A stretch of 64,000 bases of DNA from assembly GCA_043732305.1 (NCBI GenBank), contig JAYTHU010000170.1, forward strand, positions 43,757-107,756. Direction: 5' to 3'. A model generated the notes under the pieces. It did not search any database, was not told where the DNA came from, and saw only the letters and a program-made list of their open reading frames with translations. The position numbers and the translations under genes were made by a program. Of this stretch, positions 62,026-64,000 are shown in pieces. The first letter of the stretch is position 1; every line of letters starts with the position of its first letter. Source of the stretch: Oligoflexia bacterium (GTDB taxonomy: Bacteria; Bdellovibrionota; Bdellovibrionia; JABDDW01).

Positions 62026-62931
62026 ATGGCGAATTTGAAAGATATTCGTAAAAGAATATCGAGCACAAAAAACACGCAGCAGATCACAAAGGCCATGAAA
62101 ATGGTTGCCGCGGCAAAGCTGCGACGCGCTCAAAATGCTGTGATCAATGCTCGCCCGTATGCGTACAAAATCCATTCAGTCATTTCCCGACTTACATTGT
62201 CTGGAGAATTTTCTCACCCACTGATGGAACGCAATGACAACCCCAAGAAACTGCTCTTTGTTGTTTTGACATCGGATCGTGGACTTTGCGGAGCGTTCAA
62301 CGGAAATATTTTAAAAAATGCCGAGAAGTTTTATAACGAAAACAAAGCTAAATATGAAGAAATCAGTTTCATATTTATTGGTAAACGTGGCGCAGAGTAT
62401 TTTAAAAAGCGCGAAGTGAATATCAAAGATACGATTTTGAATCTTGTTTCCGAAATTAAATTCGAATTAGCTGCCGGACTTGCCGATAGAATCATGGGTG
62501 AATTCACTGCCGGTCATTACGATGAAGTTAGAATTGTTTACAACGAATTTAAATCTGCGATCAGCCAAAAAGTAATTTCAGAAAAACTTCTTCCTATTCA
62601 GGCTTTGACTGAGGAAGAAACCGTTGGAGCTTCACCTGTAGATATCAAAGAAAGTAGTGATTTCGCACTCGCCTACAACTACAAGTATGAGCCAGAGGCC
62701 GAAATTATTCTCACTCAGCTTTTGCCAAAGCATTTTGCGATTCAAATTTATCGCGCCATGCTTGAAAGCCTTGCTTCTGAACAAGGGGCTCGAATGACTG
62801 CGATGGACAATGCCACTCGCAACGCCGGACAAATGATTAAAAAACTAACTTTGACCTATAACAAATTAAGACAAGCTGCGATCACCAATGAACTGATGGA
62901 AATTGTCAGTGGCGCCGAAGCTTTAAAATAA
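62026..62931 (+). CDS. atpG: ATP synthase F1 gamma
   Basis: ITKAMKMVAAAK, SDRGLCG, RQAAITNELMEI. Confidence 0.98.
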   Translation: MANLKDIRKRISSTKNTQQITKAMKMVAAAKLRRAQNAVINARPYAYKIHSVISRLTLSGEFSHPLMERNDNPKKLLFVVLTSDRGLCGAFNGNILKNAEKFYNENKAKYEEISFIFIGKRGAEYFKKREVNIKDTILNLVSEIKFELAAGLADRIMGEFTAGHYDEVRIVYNEFKSAISQKVISEKLLPIQALTEEETVGASPVDIKESSDFALAYNYKYEPEAEIILTQLLPKHFAIQIYRAMLESLASEQGARMTAMDNATRNAGQMIKKLTLTYNKLRQAAITNELMEIVSGAEALK

Positions 62932-62955
62932 ACGCTTTAAAATTAGACGCACTGA

Positions 62956-64000
<1,045 letters not shown>

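Noticed and set aside
62920..62950. Short tandem GCTTTAAAAT duplication after atpG
   Set aside because: Only two AT-rich copies; no evidence of function or of a mobile element

Overview
Replication-origin region of a bacterial chromosome. Gene content and order best fit Bdellovibrionota or the former Deltaproteobacteria (inference): split atp operons, dnaA-oriC-dnaN-recF-gyrB-gyrA-TPR-atpZ/I-atpB-atpE, parAB-bactofilin-atpF'F, and a dapL pathway. oriC lies between dnaA and dnaN (~47,350-47,565) and has DnaA boxes, DnaA-trios and an AT-rich stretch. Two parS sites precede parA. Most of the window is housekeeping, and I found no mobile elements, CRISPR arrays, tRNA or rRNA. The best candidate for an undescribed system is a three-gene operon downstream of atpE (32,545-37,542, minus strand). 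It encodes a MotB/ZorB-like protein (FWTSYSD ion-binding Asp, ~275-aa coiled coil, atypical OmpA-like domain), a 3-TM MotA/ExbB/ZorA-like protein, and an FHA-tipped ~460-aa coiled-coil membrane protein. Together these look like an ion-driven stator coupled to a phosphothreonine-reading filament, with no Zorya effectors, TonB or flagellar genes nearby. Other oddities: UvrA with its insertion domain replaced by an acidic His-rich linker; a DUF374 acyltransferase fused in frame to a lipoprotein-PDZ module; an S6:S18 leader RNA on an operon lacking rpsR; a doubly frameshifted secreted-protein gene; and a lipoprotein gene between two parS sites.
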